DNA from: Antedon mediterranea
Lineage: Eukaryota; Animalia; Echinodermata
Direction: 5' to 3'
Assembly (NCBI RefSeq): GCF_964355755.1
Contig: NC_092679.1
Coordinates: 154,201 to 218,200 of the forward strand
DNA: 64,000 nt
Part shown: in pieces, positions 63,499-64,000 of the stretch
Layout of the letters: the number at the start of each line of letters is the position of its first letter
Numbering within the stretch: the stretch's first letter is position 1
Notes under the pieces: generated by a model
What the model saw: only the letters and a program-made list of their open reading frames with translations
Told to the model about the DNA's origin: nothing
Database searches by the model: none
Program-made: the position numbers and the translations under genes

Positions 63499-64000
63499 TT
63501 TACAAAAAAAATGTTGTTGACACATGGTGTATTGTAATAAAAAATAATGAGTGTTTTGGTTAAAAACGTTCAGAAAGCATGTGGTAAAATTATGTTAAAA
63601 CGACAGACAATAGCAATAAAATTAGAATTTGATAGACATCGATTTTAAAAGTATGGTTTTAAAAAAAATGTTTGTAATAAATAAAAAAATATTTTGCAAT
63701 TGTTCTGGAAAATCATATTATTAAAACACAAGGACTTCTGAGTGTTTTTTAAATAAAATGTGCTTGGTGTGTTATTTTGGGTTCAAGAAAAGTCCATCAA
63801 ATATGACGCCCCGTCCTGCAGTTCTTGAACTGGCAATAGTTAAATCAACTATGTTCACTATCTAAGTAAGAAAAAAGAAGAACAGAAAAGTATGAACAAA
63901 TAAAGTTAGCAAGGACGAAGTAAATCAAGTTACGGATAGTACTAATATTTATACATAGTAACTGTATCTCGAGGAAACCAACAACATCTACACTTTTTTG

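Overview
AT-rich, intron-rich animal genomic DNA, not prokaryotic. A Deu/Nin-domain SINE, a CatSper epsilon gene and abundant TAGGCCTA motifs suggest an invertebrate deuterostome, probably an echinoderm (inference). Manual exon stitching gives four genes. (1) The 3' end of a CD36/SR-B (LIMP-2-like) scavenger receptor (+, 621-1630). (2) A complete 18-exon SART1/Snu66 tri-snRNP gene (+, 3286-12081, ~763 aa). (3) A ~29-exon CATSPERE gene (-, 12731-21747), convergent with SART1. (4) A divergently transcribed 10-coding-exon spectrin-repeat, acidic-IDR and KASH-domain protein of ~1140 aa resembling AKAP6/Klarsicht/nesprin (+, 27482-38897). The region 42-64 kb is largely non-coding and CpG-richer, with candidate alternative first exons of a downstream gene. 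The window holds about 12 unrelated minisatellite arrays (~8.5 kb, ~13%), several abutting or duplicating splice sites, plus MITEs, SINEs and a LINE 3' end. The most notable observations are decoy splice-site arrays in the splicing-factor gene SART1, an AKAP6-like protein carrying its own atypical KASH, and CTAG/TAGGCCTA palindrome islands just downstream of each promoter. Homology calls come from recalled reference sequences; no database search was run.
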